Source: Myxococcota bacterium (GTDB taxonomy: Bacteria; Myxococcota_A; UBA796; UBA2385). Taken from it: a stretch of 64,000 bases of DNA. Every line of letters begins with the position of its first letter. Position 1 is the stretch's first letter. Below are positions 30,101-38,818 of this stretch, piece by piece. The notes beneath the pieces are model-generated. The model had not been told where the DNA came from, made no database searches, and was given only the letters and a program-made list of their open reading frames with translations. The DNA is taken from NCBI GenBank assembly GCA_044344255.1, contig JBIJDH010000010.1, positions 190,293-254,292 on the forward strand, read 5' to 3'. Both the position numbers and the translations under genes were made by a program.

Positions 30101-30639
30101 GCTGGGCCCGCCTCGGCCCCTCCCTCGGGGCCTGGTCCCGCGGGCTGGCGCGCGCCGAGCTCGCGGTGGCGCGGGGGGACCTCGAGGGGGCGGCGGCCTG
30201 TCTCCCCGAGGCCAATCGGGTGGTCCGACAGAGCGGCGCCTGGCTCATCCATTGGGCGGCCGGCACCTGGCGCTTCCAACGCGCGGGGATCCTGCTCGCC
30301 GCTGCCCACCACCGGGGCGAGCGGCAGGCCCCCGCCGCGGTCCTGTCCGATGCCCGCTGGCTCGACCGCTGCCGCTGGACCCCCGGCCCGGCCACCGCCG
30401 CCCTCCTCCGCGCCGCCGCCGCCGCGCTCGAGGGGCGCCCCGCCGAGGCCGACGGCGCGCTCACCCTCGCCCGACGAGAGGCCGAGCGACACGGCGCCGG
30501 CCTCCTCACCTGGTGGATCGACTGGGCCCGGGCGCCGGTCGAGGCGCCGATCTCGAGCCTCGACCCCGAGATCGATCCGGCGCGGCTCGCCGCCAACATC
30601 TTGCCGCTCCCCGCCTCCCTCTTCACCCGGGCCCGCTGA
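27109..30639 (+). CDS. Ser/Thr protein kinase fused to AAA/STAND-type ATPase and helical repeats
   Basis: LGSGGQG.V, ALK, HRDVKPAN, DPG (for DFG), GT..W.APE; Walker A GAPGSGKT, Walker B LILDDAQW.D; GNP. Confidence 0.88.
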   Translation: MDPAQAAPARTPAPAPAPSPAASPGASLGGRFLLLSPLGSGGQGAVFRAFDQDTGELLALKVLHTGGAEAHPALKREFRALEGIRHPGLVRLYELFIDGEAAWYTMELLEGEPLIEHLDSPDRARRLGGVLQQLCGALQALHAAGRVHRDVKPANIRLTEDRRAVLIDPGLVVGFVDRSGVDPRALSPAAGTPRWQAPEQAAGGALSPAVDVYALGQLWQALGEPEAADLPARLSDCLRRARAFEARDRCSLAELSLALDAWLGAPPTGEVAHPIELLGAEPLLSALDGALAAWSAQEPALLGLVGAPGSGKTGLLSAWARTAHRADRLCLVIPCDPTESIPFQALDRLIDRLAGALRAGDLHSEALHPEALAPDDARALTQLFPVLQGALGDEPRPSRALDPARARGRAVTALRGLLHGYLSSRRVVLILDDAQWLDADSHSLLTELTRPPSALPLLLVLGVPSEGIAGELFPALRPTLLHLHPLSPEASLLLLRQRGVGEDLIPGVLSAAAGNPHLLSTLASLGVGGLAGWIAAAEARHGTLALDLLRTFALAGAPLDPAGLLDVLPTAGPTLRALRSQGLLRESPLPTARGARTIGLTLGHEALAAVLLSELTAVERLALHARIAHGLVRTEDARIDLLVHHTDAAGDRERALQLAEAAAAQAWQAQEARQAYRLYRLVESLDPAWRAAAIQRRIAEVAASLGQAEAAAAAWDRVLAALPLDPDHQELRVLARTGRVEQLFRWGDAAAGRQALEGLLQELGHRLPRGRLSLALHTAWGRLRRLWSGMRWRADERSAPASALRALWVATLSRSFRDLLEEEYIGLLYVDEALRGAPPWALARALAWEAGARERNPLARLTGAPDRLLDTARRMGDEALGPYERGVIENYEVVLQFSRGNQEACRRAGERALSAYREAVESTYWGEFNVAVMANGALWYAGHIRALRAFTHEHRIIERAHDLAGLWDDGHWWTALRMALLEGELSAAQTLLDACEARWARLGPSLGAWSRGLARAELAVARGDLEGAAACLPEANRVVRQSGAWLIHWAAGTWRFQRAGILLAAAHHRGERQAPAAVLSDARWLDRCRWTPGPATAALLRAAAAALEGRPAEADGALTLARREAERHGAGLLTWWIDWARAPVEAPISSLDPEIDPARLAANILPLPASLFTRAR

Positions 30640-32810
30640 TGCTCCTCCTGCTCGCCCTCGCCCTCGGCCGGCCTGTCGGCGCCACAACGCCGACCTCACC
30701 CGCGCGGACTGACCTGGCCTGTCCAATCCCCGTCACCGGCTTCAACAGCCTCAACGCCTTCTGCGAAGGGCGCGGGATGGTGGCCGGCGTGGGGAACCCG
30801 CCCATCCTGTCGCTGATCCTGCGGCCGGTCGAGTGGACATCGCTGCCCACTGACCCCCGGGCGCAGCGGCTCCAGCGGGCGGCCGGCGCCGGCGAGAGCG
30901 ACCCGGAGGCGGACAACGGCAGGTCCACGCCGCTGGAGCGCGCCCAGAGCGGATACCTCATCCTGTGGGGAGACGAAGCCCGCCTATCCCCGCTCCCCGC
31001 CCCCGCTCGGGACAACCCACGCCTCGCTCGCCTGCGGGCGCTCATCGAGGACCGATACGGCCTGCTATTCGAAGAGGGCGGCCCGGCGACCAATCAGGTG
31101 ATCGGGAGCCTCCGCACGAAGGTGAAGGACCCTTCGCGCCCGGGCCCCGGGGTGGACGTCGCCGTCGCCGGCTGCGCCCTCTGCCACACGGGGAAGGTCT
31201 TTGGGGAGGTGGTCCCCGGGCTTGGCAACAAGCGGATCGACGTCGAGACCATCAACAACCTCTTCCACCACATCAACAAGACCCACACGCCGCGTCGTGA
31301 GCTCCGCGCCCGACCCGAACCGTTCGCGGTCGAGCCCAGCGCCTCCCTCACGGCCACTCCCGCCGATCTCCGGCGTCGCGCCCTGCAGGTGAACGGACGG
31401 ATGCGCGACAAGGACTGGTCCAACCGCGCCAGGGGCCCCCTCTCGGACGCCTACGTGATGTGGTGGGTGCGGGGACACGCCGCCCAGCTCATCGAGGGCG
31501 CCGATCCCAAGGCCGCCCGGCTCCTCCGAATGGATGACGACAGCGTCCTCGGGCGCGGAGAGGTCAAGATCCCCTCCCTCTGGTATTTCAGCGCCCGCCG
31601 AGGGCCGTCCTGTACAACGCCGCTGCAGGCCGGCGGCCCCGTCACCGAGTGCGAGGTCGGGCTCTTCGTAGACGGCGTCGCCGCCTCCCGCGACCTCCTC
31701 GCCGGGGCTCAGCTCGGGGGAGACCCCTCGATCACCACCTGGCGGTCTCCGGCCTTCCTGCAGCGGGTGGCCGACATGGAGGCGATCCTACTGAGCCCGG
31801 AGAAGTCGCTCCGCGCGCCCGCCTATCCCTGCCGGTCCGACATTAACGCCGAGCTCTACACCGCGGGCCACCGGCTCTATCGAATGGGCCGGACGACCGC
31901 CCCCGTGACCGCCGCGCTCAAGGCCGCTGAGGAGGCCGCCCAGGCGCTACAGCCCGCGGGCGCCCCGCCCCGAGACCGGGGAGAGCTCGGGAGCTGCCAG
32001 TATTGCCACGGGGACCCCGGCGACCCCCTGGGATGGGCGACCGGGACGATCAGCGGCCCCGCCTGGGCGGCGCCCGAGATGATCCCCATCGAGCTCGTCC
32101 GAACGGACCGCGAGCGGCTGCGGATGGTCGCGGACTGCCGAGACCCGCTCGGGACAAAGGCCGGCCGCACAGAGCGCGCCGAGTGCCTGCAGAACCGGCA
32201 GGCCTTCGACATCATCTCCGCCGAGGCCTCGAAGGGGCTGAACCGGACCCTCCTCGGCCGCGCCACCTGGGCCGACGAAGACCCTCTCCACGGCGTCCCG
32301 ATCGGCTACTTCGCGCCCCGCCTCGAGGGCATCTGGGCGCGCTTTCCCTACCTCCACAACGGCAGCGTCCCCACCCTCGACGACCTCCTCGGTGACCCCT
32401 CCCAGCGGCCCCGCGACTTCAGCCTGTCCGACGCCGCGGAGGTCAAGGGTTACGATCGGCGCCGCGCAGGGCTGCGCGTCTATGTCGAAGACGACGCGCG
32501 CAAGCTGCGCCAGCTGGGGCTCACCCCCGAGACCTCCCGCCGCATGCCCGGCTACGACAGCCCCGGCGGGGTCTGGTCCGACCGCGGCGATCGGGACAAC
32601 TACGCCGTGGCCTGGTGGCCGGTGGGCGAGATGGGCTGCACCCCGGAGGAGGCCGATCCCGAGACCGGGGGCTGCTGGGCGAACCGCGGCCACGCCTACT
32701 GGGGGTCGACCGGCCTCCCGCCTGGGGAGCGCGCGGCGCTGATCACCTACCTCCGCACCGTGGGGGAGGGCGTGGCCGAGGCCGACCAGCCCGGCTGCGC
32801 GGCGCGCTGA
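30639..32810 (+). CDS. Secreted diheme c-type cytochrome, RoxA (rubber dioxygenase)-like
   Basis: Signal peptide; CALCH and CQYCH heme motifs; GY.AP.L.GIW...PYLHNGSVPTL; N.GH near the C-terminus. Confidence 0.8.
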   Translation: MLLLLALALGRPVGATTPTSPARTDLACPIPVTGFNSLNAFCEGRGMVAGVGNPPILSLILRPVEWTSLPTDPRAQRLQRAAGAGESDPEADNGRSTPLERAQSGYLILWGDEARLSPLPAPARDNPRLARLRALIEDRYGLLFEEGGPATNQVIGSLRTKVKDPSRPGPGVDVAVAGCALCHTGKVFGEVVPGLGNKRIDVETINNLFHHINKTHTPRRELRARPEPFAVEPSASLTATPADLRRRALQVNGRMRDKDWSNRARGPLSDAYVMWWVRGHAAQLIEGADPKAARLLRMDDDSVLGRGEVKIPSLWYFSARRGPSCTTPLQAGGPVTECEVGLFVDGVAASRDLLAGAQLGGDPSITTWRSPAFLQRVADMEAILLSPEKSLRAPAYPCRSDINAELYTAGHRLYRMGRTTAPVTAALKAAEEAAQALQPAGAPPRDRGELGSCQYCHGDPGDPLGWATGTISGPAWAAPEMIPIELVRTDRERLRMVADCRDPLGTKAGRTERAECLQNRQAFDIISAEASKGLNRTLLGRATWADEDPLHGVPIGYFAPRLEGIWARFPYLHNGSVPTLDDLLGDPSQRPRDFSLSDAAEVKGYDRRRAGLRVYVEDDARKLRQLGLTPETSRRMPGYDSPGGVWSDRGDRDNYAVAWWPVGEMGCTPEEADPETGGCWANRGHAYWGSTGLPPGERAALITYLRTVGEGVAEADQPGCAAR

Positions 32811-32844
32811 GGCCGGCGGCGAGGAGATCCGGCTTTTTCCTGCA

Positions 32845-32889
32845 TCCCCCGTTCGGGGGATGCCACGGACAGGGCCACCGGCCTACCCA
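32845..32889 (+). promoter_or_regulatory. Palindromic operator TCCCCCGTTCGGGGGA plus -10-like TACCCA
   Basis: Box 32845-32860, TA hexamer at 32884; same geometry at 35483 and 38525. Confidence 0.65.
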
Positions 32890-32975
32890 TAAGGACCTCG
32901 GCCTCCTCGGCTCCCTCCCCGCGACGTCCCGTCGCATCGGCGAGGGGCCGGGCCCGCGGATTGGAGTGGATTTAC

Positions 32976-34616
32976 TTGAGACCCTCGCCACCCCTGCGTC
33001 CCCGCCTCGGAGACACCCGCCCAGCGCTCCCGTGGGTCCTGGCCCTCTCCTCGCTCCTCGCAGGCTGCTACTCGACACGGAGGCAGCACGTCATCGGCGA
33101 CTATGAGCTCCCGCCTCTCGAAGAGGGCGATGCGCTGCGCGTGCAGGTGTCGACAGGCAGCGCGAGCGAGTACCAAGGTCGCATCCCGGTCTGGTACCTC
33201 CAAGAAGCGGGGATCGCACCCTCGACCCTTCACGAAGCGCCCCTCTCGAAAGAGGTGCGGCGCAACAGAGAGCGTCGTGCCACAGCGATGGTCGGCCCCG
33301 GTGAAGTGCTCGCGGACGAGGCACCGCCGGGGTGGCAATTCGAGCCGGCGATCCCGGGTGCGAACCGCGCGGACGTCACCTGCGACTACCGCCTGGAGCT
33401 GACCAACACGGGGATGAAGGCGGCGCCCGGCATGGCGCTCCTCTGGGTCTCCATCCCGATCAGCGTCTTTACCTTTACGCTCCTCCCGGCACCAATCACC
33501 TTCCGCAGTCCCCCAAAGGACCCGCCATCGATAGAGGTCCGACGTTGCGCAGACGAGGCGGTGGTCTTCAAGGGCGAGTATTCTATCCAACAGCTTGCGA
33601 CGCTTTGGGCGTACGGAACCCACTACACCGACTGGATCATCCTCGATGAAGATCCGTTTGAGGCCATTCTGGAGGACCACGCGGCCATCCTGGAGGACCA
33701 GCGGAGCAGCCCCCCCCCCTCCGCCCCGACGAGCCTCAGCAAGCCAGCGGGGCCCAGCAAGCGAGCGGGGGGGAAAAAGCCTGCGGAGGCCAGCAAGACA
33801 GCGGAGGCCAGCAAGCCAGCGGAGGCCAGCAAACCAGCGGGGCCTCCCGTTCGAGACCGCCAGAAGGAGGTCGTCGAGCTCGCCCTCGCCTGGGCCTGGA
33901 ACGAGGACCGTCTCCTCAACGAGCTCAAGCAATCCCAGGACGTCCAGGCCTTTGTCGAAAGCCGGAATGAGCTGAGCTCGATGACCGCCCCCACAGACCA
34001 GGCCTTCGCCGCGGTTCGCGCCGGTTGGCTACCCGGGATGTCCACCGAGGCGCCTCCGTCGGGGAGCGGGGCGGCGGGGGCGGCCAACGGCACCTATGCC
34101 AGTCCATACCTGGCCGACGGCTCCCTCTCGGACTGGGCGAGGCGCCTCGCCGCCGGAGAGGCCGTCTCCCAGCTCGCGGGGCAGCTCTCCGGGATGGCCA
34201 CCTCCAAGGCCATCGACCAGGCCGCCTCTCACATCCCCTATGTTGGCGGCCTCGTGGCATCGGCCGCCAAACAAAAGGTGAAGACACAGACCGAACAATC
34301 GGTGATGGAAGCATTCAAGCTGACCGTGCCCGCCGACACTCGCTATCCCACAGGCTGCGCGCTCATCAGTGACCTGGAGCGCCTCCACAGCAAGCGCGCA
34401 GACTACCCCGCCGCGAAGGCGGCGGTCCTCACCCTCTATCCCGAGGTCGCCCCCCAGTGGTCGATGTGCGCGAAGGCAGCCCCCTCGGCGACCGCCGCTC
34501 CAGCCGCGGCGCCCAACCTCAGCGCAGAGCTACAGCTGCTCACGACGCTCCATGCCTCCGGGGCGCTGACCGACGCCGAGTTCGAGGCCGCGAAGAAGCG
34601 GGTCTTGTCCCAGTAG
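32976..34616 (+). CDS. Lipoprotein with KPAEAS repeat linker and C-terminal SHOCT domain
   Basis: TTG start after GGAG; lipobox LAGC; L..LH.SGALT.AEFEAAKKRVL. Confidence 0.75.
   Translation: MRPSPPLRPRLGDTRPALPWVLALSSLLAGCYSTRRQHVIGDYELPPLEEGDALRVQVSTGSASEYQGRIPVWYLQEAGIAPSTLHEAPLSKEVRRNRERRATAMVGPGEVLADEAPPGWQFEPAIPGANRADVTCDYRLELTNTGMKAAPGMALLWVSIPISVFTFTLLPAPITFRSPPKDPPSIEVRRCADEAVVFKGEYSIQQLATLWAYGTHYTDWIILDEDPFEAILEDHAAILEDQRSSPPPSAPTSLSKPAGPSKRAGGKKPAEASKTAEASKPAEASKPAGPPVRDRQKEVVELALAWAWNEDRLLNELKQSQDVQAFVESRNELSSMTAPTDQAFAAVRAGWLPGMSTEAPPSGSGAAGAANGTYASPYLADGSLSDWARRLAAGEAVSQLAGQLSGMATSKAIDQAASHIPYVGGLVASAAKQKVKTQTEQSVMEAFKLTVPADTRYPTGCALISDLERLHSKRADYPAAKAAVLTLYPEVAPQWSMCAKAAPSATAAPAAAPNLSAELQLLTTLHASGALTDAEFEAAKKRVLSQ
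33741..33848 (+). repeat. In-frame 18-bp tandem repeat (KPAEAS-like, 6 units)
   Basis: aagccagcggaggccagc variants. Confidence 0.8.
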
Positions 34617-34682
34617 GCGCGCGCTCGCTCGCCCACGGAGGGCCGACGGCCGGGGCGAATCAAACCGCGGCGAGCGCCCCCG

Positions 34683-35447
34683 TCACCCGAATTCGCAGAC
34701 AAAGCCATCCGTGACCCACACCTGGTCGCAGAGGTAGTCATTCCAGCCCGAGGATGCGCCGTCGTCGAAGGCCTCGCCGCAGCGCTCCCCGCCGCCCGAA
34801 GGCTCGCGCGGGGCCCATTGGGTGTAGGACCAGGCCTGTCCGCCCACCCAGCCCCACCCCTCGTCGTCAAGGCAGGCCCCGATCCAGGGCCGACTGACGA
34901 GAGACCGCGCGAGGTCATGCTCCGCCGCGCTGTCCACGGTGATGAGGTAGCCCCCCGCCGCCCGACAGGTGGCGCGGGCGTCGGTCCAGGCGACCTCGGC
35001 GTGGACCGGGAAGTAGCAGCTCCCGCCCGAGGACTGGAAGCCGAGGGTGGAGTCGCAGGAGCCCGCCCAGGTGGGTACGCCGCTCACGGCGGCCCCGGCC
35101 GCGTAGTCGGCGCACTGGGTGCCTCCATCGTAGACGACGGGCGGCTCCTCCGCGGTGTCCCCGCCGGCGCTGCCGGAGTCCGTCGGGACGGTCCCGTCGC
35201 CGCCGTCCCCTGAGCCCTCCGTCCCGCCGCCGTCGGTCCCGCCGGCGTCCGTCCCGCCGCCGTCCGTCGCAGCACCATCGTCCCCCCCGCCTCCCTCGTC
35301 ACCGCCCGATCCGGAGGCGGCTCCGGAGCCCGTGTCGTCGTCACCGGATGGAGCGCGCCCCTCCTCTCCCTTGACCCCGTATACCAGGGTGCAGCCGACG
35401 AGCGGGAAGAGGAGGGAAACAAGAGAGAGTGTGCTCTTTGGTGTCAT
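34683..35447 (-). CDS. C-type lectin domain lipoprotein
   Basis: Lipobox LVGC, Gly/Asp/Thr linker, SCY...W..A...C...G.L, WIG, W..REPS...E.C, WND..C, FVCE. Confidence 0.85.
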   Translation of the reverse strand: MTPKSTLSLVSLLFPLVGCTLVYGVKGEEGRAPSGDDDTGSGAASGSGGDEGGGGDDGAATDGGGTDAGGTDGGGTEGSGDGGDGTVPTDSGSAGGDTAEEPPVVYDGGTQCADYAAGAAVSGVPTWAGSCDSTLGFQSSGGSCYFPVHAEVAWTDARATCRAAGGYLITVDSAAEHDLARSLVSRPWIGACLDDEGWGWVGGQAWSYTQWAPREPSGGGERCGEAFDDGASSGWNDYLCDQVWVTDGFVCEFG

Positions 35448-35482
35448 CTCCCTCCAGTAGCACGGCCCGCGATCGGGCGTGC

Positions 35483-35527
35483 TCACCCGTTCGGGTGATG
35501 CCTCGGCGGGCGCCCGCCCCCTATGAG
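35483..35527 (+). promoter_or_regulatory. Palindromic operator TCACCCGTTCGGGTGA plus -10-like TATGAG
   Basis: Box 35483-35498 with a symmetric compensatory change; TA hexamer at 35522. Confidence 0.65.
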
Positions 35528-35617
35528 GGAGGAGCGCGCGGCGGCGCGCGATCGTTGATCACGGGGGCCCCGCGTGGAGCCCGACCCGGAGCTCCCTTGC
35601 GCCGAAGACCACATCCG

Positions 35618-36454
35618 TTGAGGGGCTCCGAGACCGTCCCATCACGCTCGCCGCCGTCTGCCACGCCTTCACCCCTGAGGGCCTCTCCCCTCCCGGGGGG
35701 AGAATCCGGTGTCCGGATCGCGCTCCTTTGGCTCCTCGCCCTCCTCTCGCTCTCGAACGGGGCCCTGGCCGCCGACACGCCCACCCCGACACCCGCCGGC
35801 TCTGCGCCGCCGGCTCCGGCGGTCGAGGCAAGAGGCGCCGCCTACATCGCCTTGGAGGACAAGCTCATCGAGGCCCTGCTCCGCCCGGGCGATCAGGCTC
35901 AGGCCGGGCGGCTCACGGACTACGCCGCGGTCGAGCGCTTCGGCCGGAAGAGCTACCTGATCGGCCTCGGCGCGTCGGTGGGCGCCGTCTCGCTCGGAGT
36001 CGGCGCGATACGGGTGGCCGAGGACTCAGGCGGGCGCTGCGAGGCGGGCTGCATCCTCTTGGCGACCGGCGCCGCGGCAGGCCTCGGCGTGGCGACGGTG
36101 GAGTCCTATCGGACCCACTGGGCCCTCCACGAGGGCTGGGAGCGTGCGGGCGGGCGGACGGCCGCGAACCCCGTCCTCGGGCGGACCGCGCTCCGCCTGT
36201 CGCTCGCCGCCATTCCCGTGAGCGTCATCGGATACACCACCGGCTATGGCGACCTCGTCGCCGACGGGCTTCACCTCGGCGCGACCGCGCTCAAGTGGAC
36301 CACCGCCGTCAAGGTCCACCAGGCGGCGGTGAAGCAAGGGCTGTGGGCGCCGACGTCGAAGGCCAAGCGCGTCACGGCCACCCCGACCTTCCGGGTCGCC
36401 CGAGCCGACAACGGAGATCGTCAGCCCATCCTCGGGCTGGCCGGCACCTTCTGA
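35618..36454 (+). CDS. Hypothetical exported/membrane protein (start uncertain)
   Basis: Signal-like RIALLWLLALLSLSNGALA, hydrophobic Gly-rich segments, C-terminal GLAGTF; nearest in-frame start is TTG 35618. Confidence 0.65.
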   Translation: MRGSETVPSRSPPSATPSPLRASPLPGGESGVRIALLWLLALLSLSNGALAADTPTPTPAGSAPPAPAVEARGAAYIALEDKLIEALLRPGDQAQAGRLTDYAAVERFGRKSYLIGLGASVGAVSLGVGAIRVAEDSGGRCEAGCILLATGAAAGLGVATVESYRTHWALHEGWERAGGRTAANPVLGRTALRLSLAAIPVSVIGYTTGYGDLVADGLHLGATALKWTTAVKVHQAAVKQGLWAPTSKAKRVTATPTFRVARADNGDRQPILGLAGTF

Positions 36455-36500
36455 GTGATCTGTACAGATCCGCCCTGCTGAGATCGAACGAGGTCAATCC

Positions 36501-37631
36501 ATGCGCACACCCTTCCTGCCCCTCGCCCTCACCCTCACCCTCGCCTGCGGAGGGAAAGCAGCGTCCACCCCCGAAGACCGCCTCAACGCCTGGCTCCGGT
36601 CGCAATACCCCGAGGGTCACGACTCGACCGCCTCCAACAGCGAGCTCGGCGTCACCGGAGATGAGGAGATGATGGGGCGGATGGCCACCCCGGTCTTCCC
36701 GAGCGGCTTCGTCAGCCCGAGCGTGTCTGTCCCTTCGAGCACGCCGGTCGCCTCCTTCTGCATCGGCTTCGGAGACCCTGCGGCCGCCTGGTGCATCCCC
36801 GCCGATCACGCCGACGTGCGCCTCGCTGGCGTGTCGTCCCGCGTGAGCGCGGCCGCTCACGCACCCGCGCCCTCCCTGGGCGGTGACCCTGTGGGATGGC
36901 TGTCCCAGCGCCTCCGCCGGTCCAGCCGTCCCTCTCCGGACACGGCGAGCGGCGGCGATTCGGGGAGCAGTGACACGGGGAGCGGCGACACCGGGGGGGG
37001 CTCGGGCGGAGACGGCACCGTCGGCCTCGCGCTCACGCTCCCGGCCGACCTCTGTGACGATCTCGGCGAGCTCTGTCACCAGATCAAGTGTTACGAATTC
37101 GCCGAGACGAGCGCAGGGACCTTCACCGCCGCAAATATTGAGTATCTTGCCGCCGCCTGCGGAAATTGCGACGAGCCGAGCTGCCAGGAGCTCATCCATG
37201 AGTGCTCGGTGGACGGGTTTTGCATCACAGACGCCGACTGCCCCGAGGACGACGAGATCTGCTCGAGCGGCACCTGCGTGCGAGAGGGCGCCTTACGCTT
37301 CACGGCCTCCTGGTCGGCCCTCTCCGACGTCGACCTCCACGTCCTCACCCCGGGCGGCACAGAGCTCTACTACGCGAATCCCACCGGAGACGGCGGCGTG
37401 CAGGACGTCGACAACACGTGGGGCGGCACCAACGCGATCGAGAACATCTACTTTGACGCCCCGGCCGCAGGCACCTACACCTACTGGGTGGTGCTCTACT
37501 CGGGCGACCCCGCCGCCTGGTCGCTCGCCGTCCACGAGGGAGCCACCTCCAGCGCGACCCAGTCGGGCAGCCTCTCCGCGGTCGGGGACGAGTCGGACCA
37601 CTTCAGCTTCGACTTCTCGGGCGCCCCCTGA
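36501..37631 (+). CDS. Cys-rich lipoprotein with C-terminal YfaP/DUF2135-like domain
   Basis: Lipobox TLAC; many Cys; W....DVDLHV..P.G..YY.N...GG..DVD......ENI. Confidence 0.78.
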   Translation: MRTPFLPLALTLTLACGGKAASTPEDRLNAWLRSQYPEGHDSTASNSELGVTGDEEMMGRMATPVFPSGFVSPSVSVPSSTPVASFCIGFGDPAAAWCIPADHADVRLAGVSSRVSAAAHAPAPSLGGDPVGWLSQRLRRSSRPSPDTASGGDSGSSDTGSGDTGGGSGGDGTVGLALTLPADLCDDLGELCHQIKCYEFAETSAGTFTAANIEYLAAACGNCDEPSCQELIHECSVDGFCITDADCPEDDEICSSGTCVREGALRFTASWSALSDVDLHVLTPGGTELYYANPTGDGGVQDVDNTWGGTNAIENIYFDAPAAGTYTYWVVLYSGDPAAWSLAVHEGATSSATQSGSLSAVGDESDHFSFDFSGAP

Positions 37632-37693
37632 CTCGGGCCACGCGACGGGCGGCGTTCCACTCCTTCGGCCAGACTCAACCTCGGAGCTCCAAC

Positions 37694-38467
37694 ATGACCT
37701 CGCCAACCTCCCGCTCCACGACTCTCTCCCGCAGCGCGCTCCTGCTGACCCTCATCGCACCCGCCACCGCGTGGGCGGGCGACGCGACGGAGCCCCCCGA
37801 ACTGCAAGAGGAAGAGACCGGAGACGGCGACGGAGAGTCCAGCCATCGGGAGTCCACCACCATCGGTCGGAGTGGCCTCCGTCACGAAGAAGAGGACGCC
37901 CAGGCGGTCCACGAGCCCGTCGACAAGACCACCGTACAGACCTGGGGCCTAAGCTGGGTCGGAGCATTCAACGACTATGCCGACGCTCAGCTCTTCGGGG
38001 TGACATCCACCATCCGCAGAATCAACCCGAAGGGTGACTTCCCCGGACCGGAGGGGGGCACGGTGAACGCGCTCGACCTGCGCTTCGGGGTCGGGGCTCA
38101 GTTCGGCAAGGTCGACGTGACCATCCCCGACCCCTACGGCGGCGCCAGCACCACCAGCACCTCGATCATGACGATGTTCCAGGGGTGGGGAGGAATCGGA
38201 CTGGCTCGGCTTCGATACGGAGAGCTGGACACGGAGACGAAAAAGCAGAACGGACGGGGCTTCGATCTCGGCCTCAATCTGGGGGCGCAGTCCTTCAGGA
38301 TCGACGGGACCTCGACACCGTCGCCCCTCATCGCCCCGAACATCGGCTTCGAGAGCTTGAAGTACAACGCCGGTACTGCGAAGTTCGTCAACCAGACCTT
38401 CAATTTCATGGTGATCCCGATCGGCGGGCTGACCGTCTCCGCCGCCTTCTCGCGCAGCTTCGGGTGA
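37694..38467 (+). CDS. Probable outer-membrane beta-barrel protein
   Basis: Signal peptide ending AWA; alternating amphipathic strands; C-terminal AFSRSFG. Confidence 0.65.
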   Translation: MTSPTSRSTTLSRSALLLTLIAPATAWAGDATEPPELQEEETGDGDGESSHRESTTIGRSGLRHEEEDAQAVHEPVDKTTVQTWGLSWVGAFNDYADAQLFGVTSTIRRINPKGDFPGPEGGTVNALDLRFGVGAQFGKVDVTIPDPYGGASTTSTSIMTMFQGWGGIGLARLRYGELDTETKKQNGRGFDLGLNLGAQSFRIDGTSTPSPLIAPNIGFESLKYNAGTAKFVNQTFNFMVIPIGGLTVSAAFSRSFG

Positions 38468-38524
38468 TCGCAGCGCGGGCGCTCCGCGGTCCGGCCGGAT
38501 CCGCCTCCGGGGAGCGCCGAGGCC

Positions 38525-38569
38525 TCCCCCGTTCGGGGGATGTCGCGCGGGTCAGCGGCCCCGTAGGAG
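38525..38569 (+). promoter_or_regulatory. Palindromic operator TCCCCCGTTCGGGGGA plus -10-like TAGGAG
   Basis: Box 38525-38540 identical to 32845-32860; TA hexamer at 38564. Confidence 0.65.
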
Positions 38570-38818
38570 GGGAGACGCGCGGAGCGGCCCGCGCAGCCCA
38601 CGCACCACACCTGGACTTCGAGCGTAGCCCAGCTGGGAGTCCTGCATGCGCTCATCCCCCACCACCGCCCTCGTCCTCCTCCTCTCCTCCTCCTCGTGAC
38701 CACCACGCTGGCAACCGCGGGCTGCCTTGACTTGGGGCAGAGCGACTCGGAGTCGAAAGACAGCGGCGTCGCCGCTCGCCGGGCCCCGGGTTAAGCCCGC
38801 CCTCCCTTCGGAGAGACC

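Noticed and set aside
33741..33848. 18-bp repeat as a regulatory or mobile feature
   Set aside because: In frame and encodes an ordinary flexible linker.
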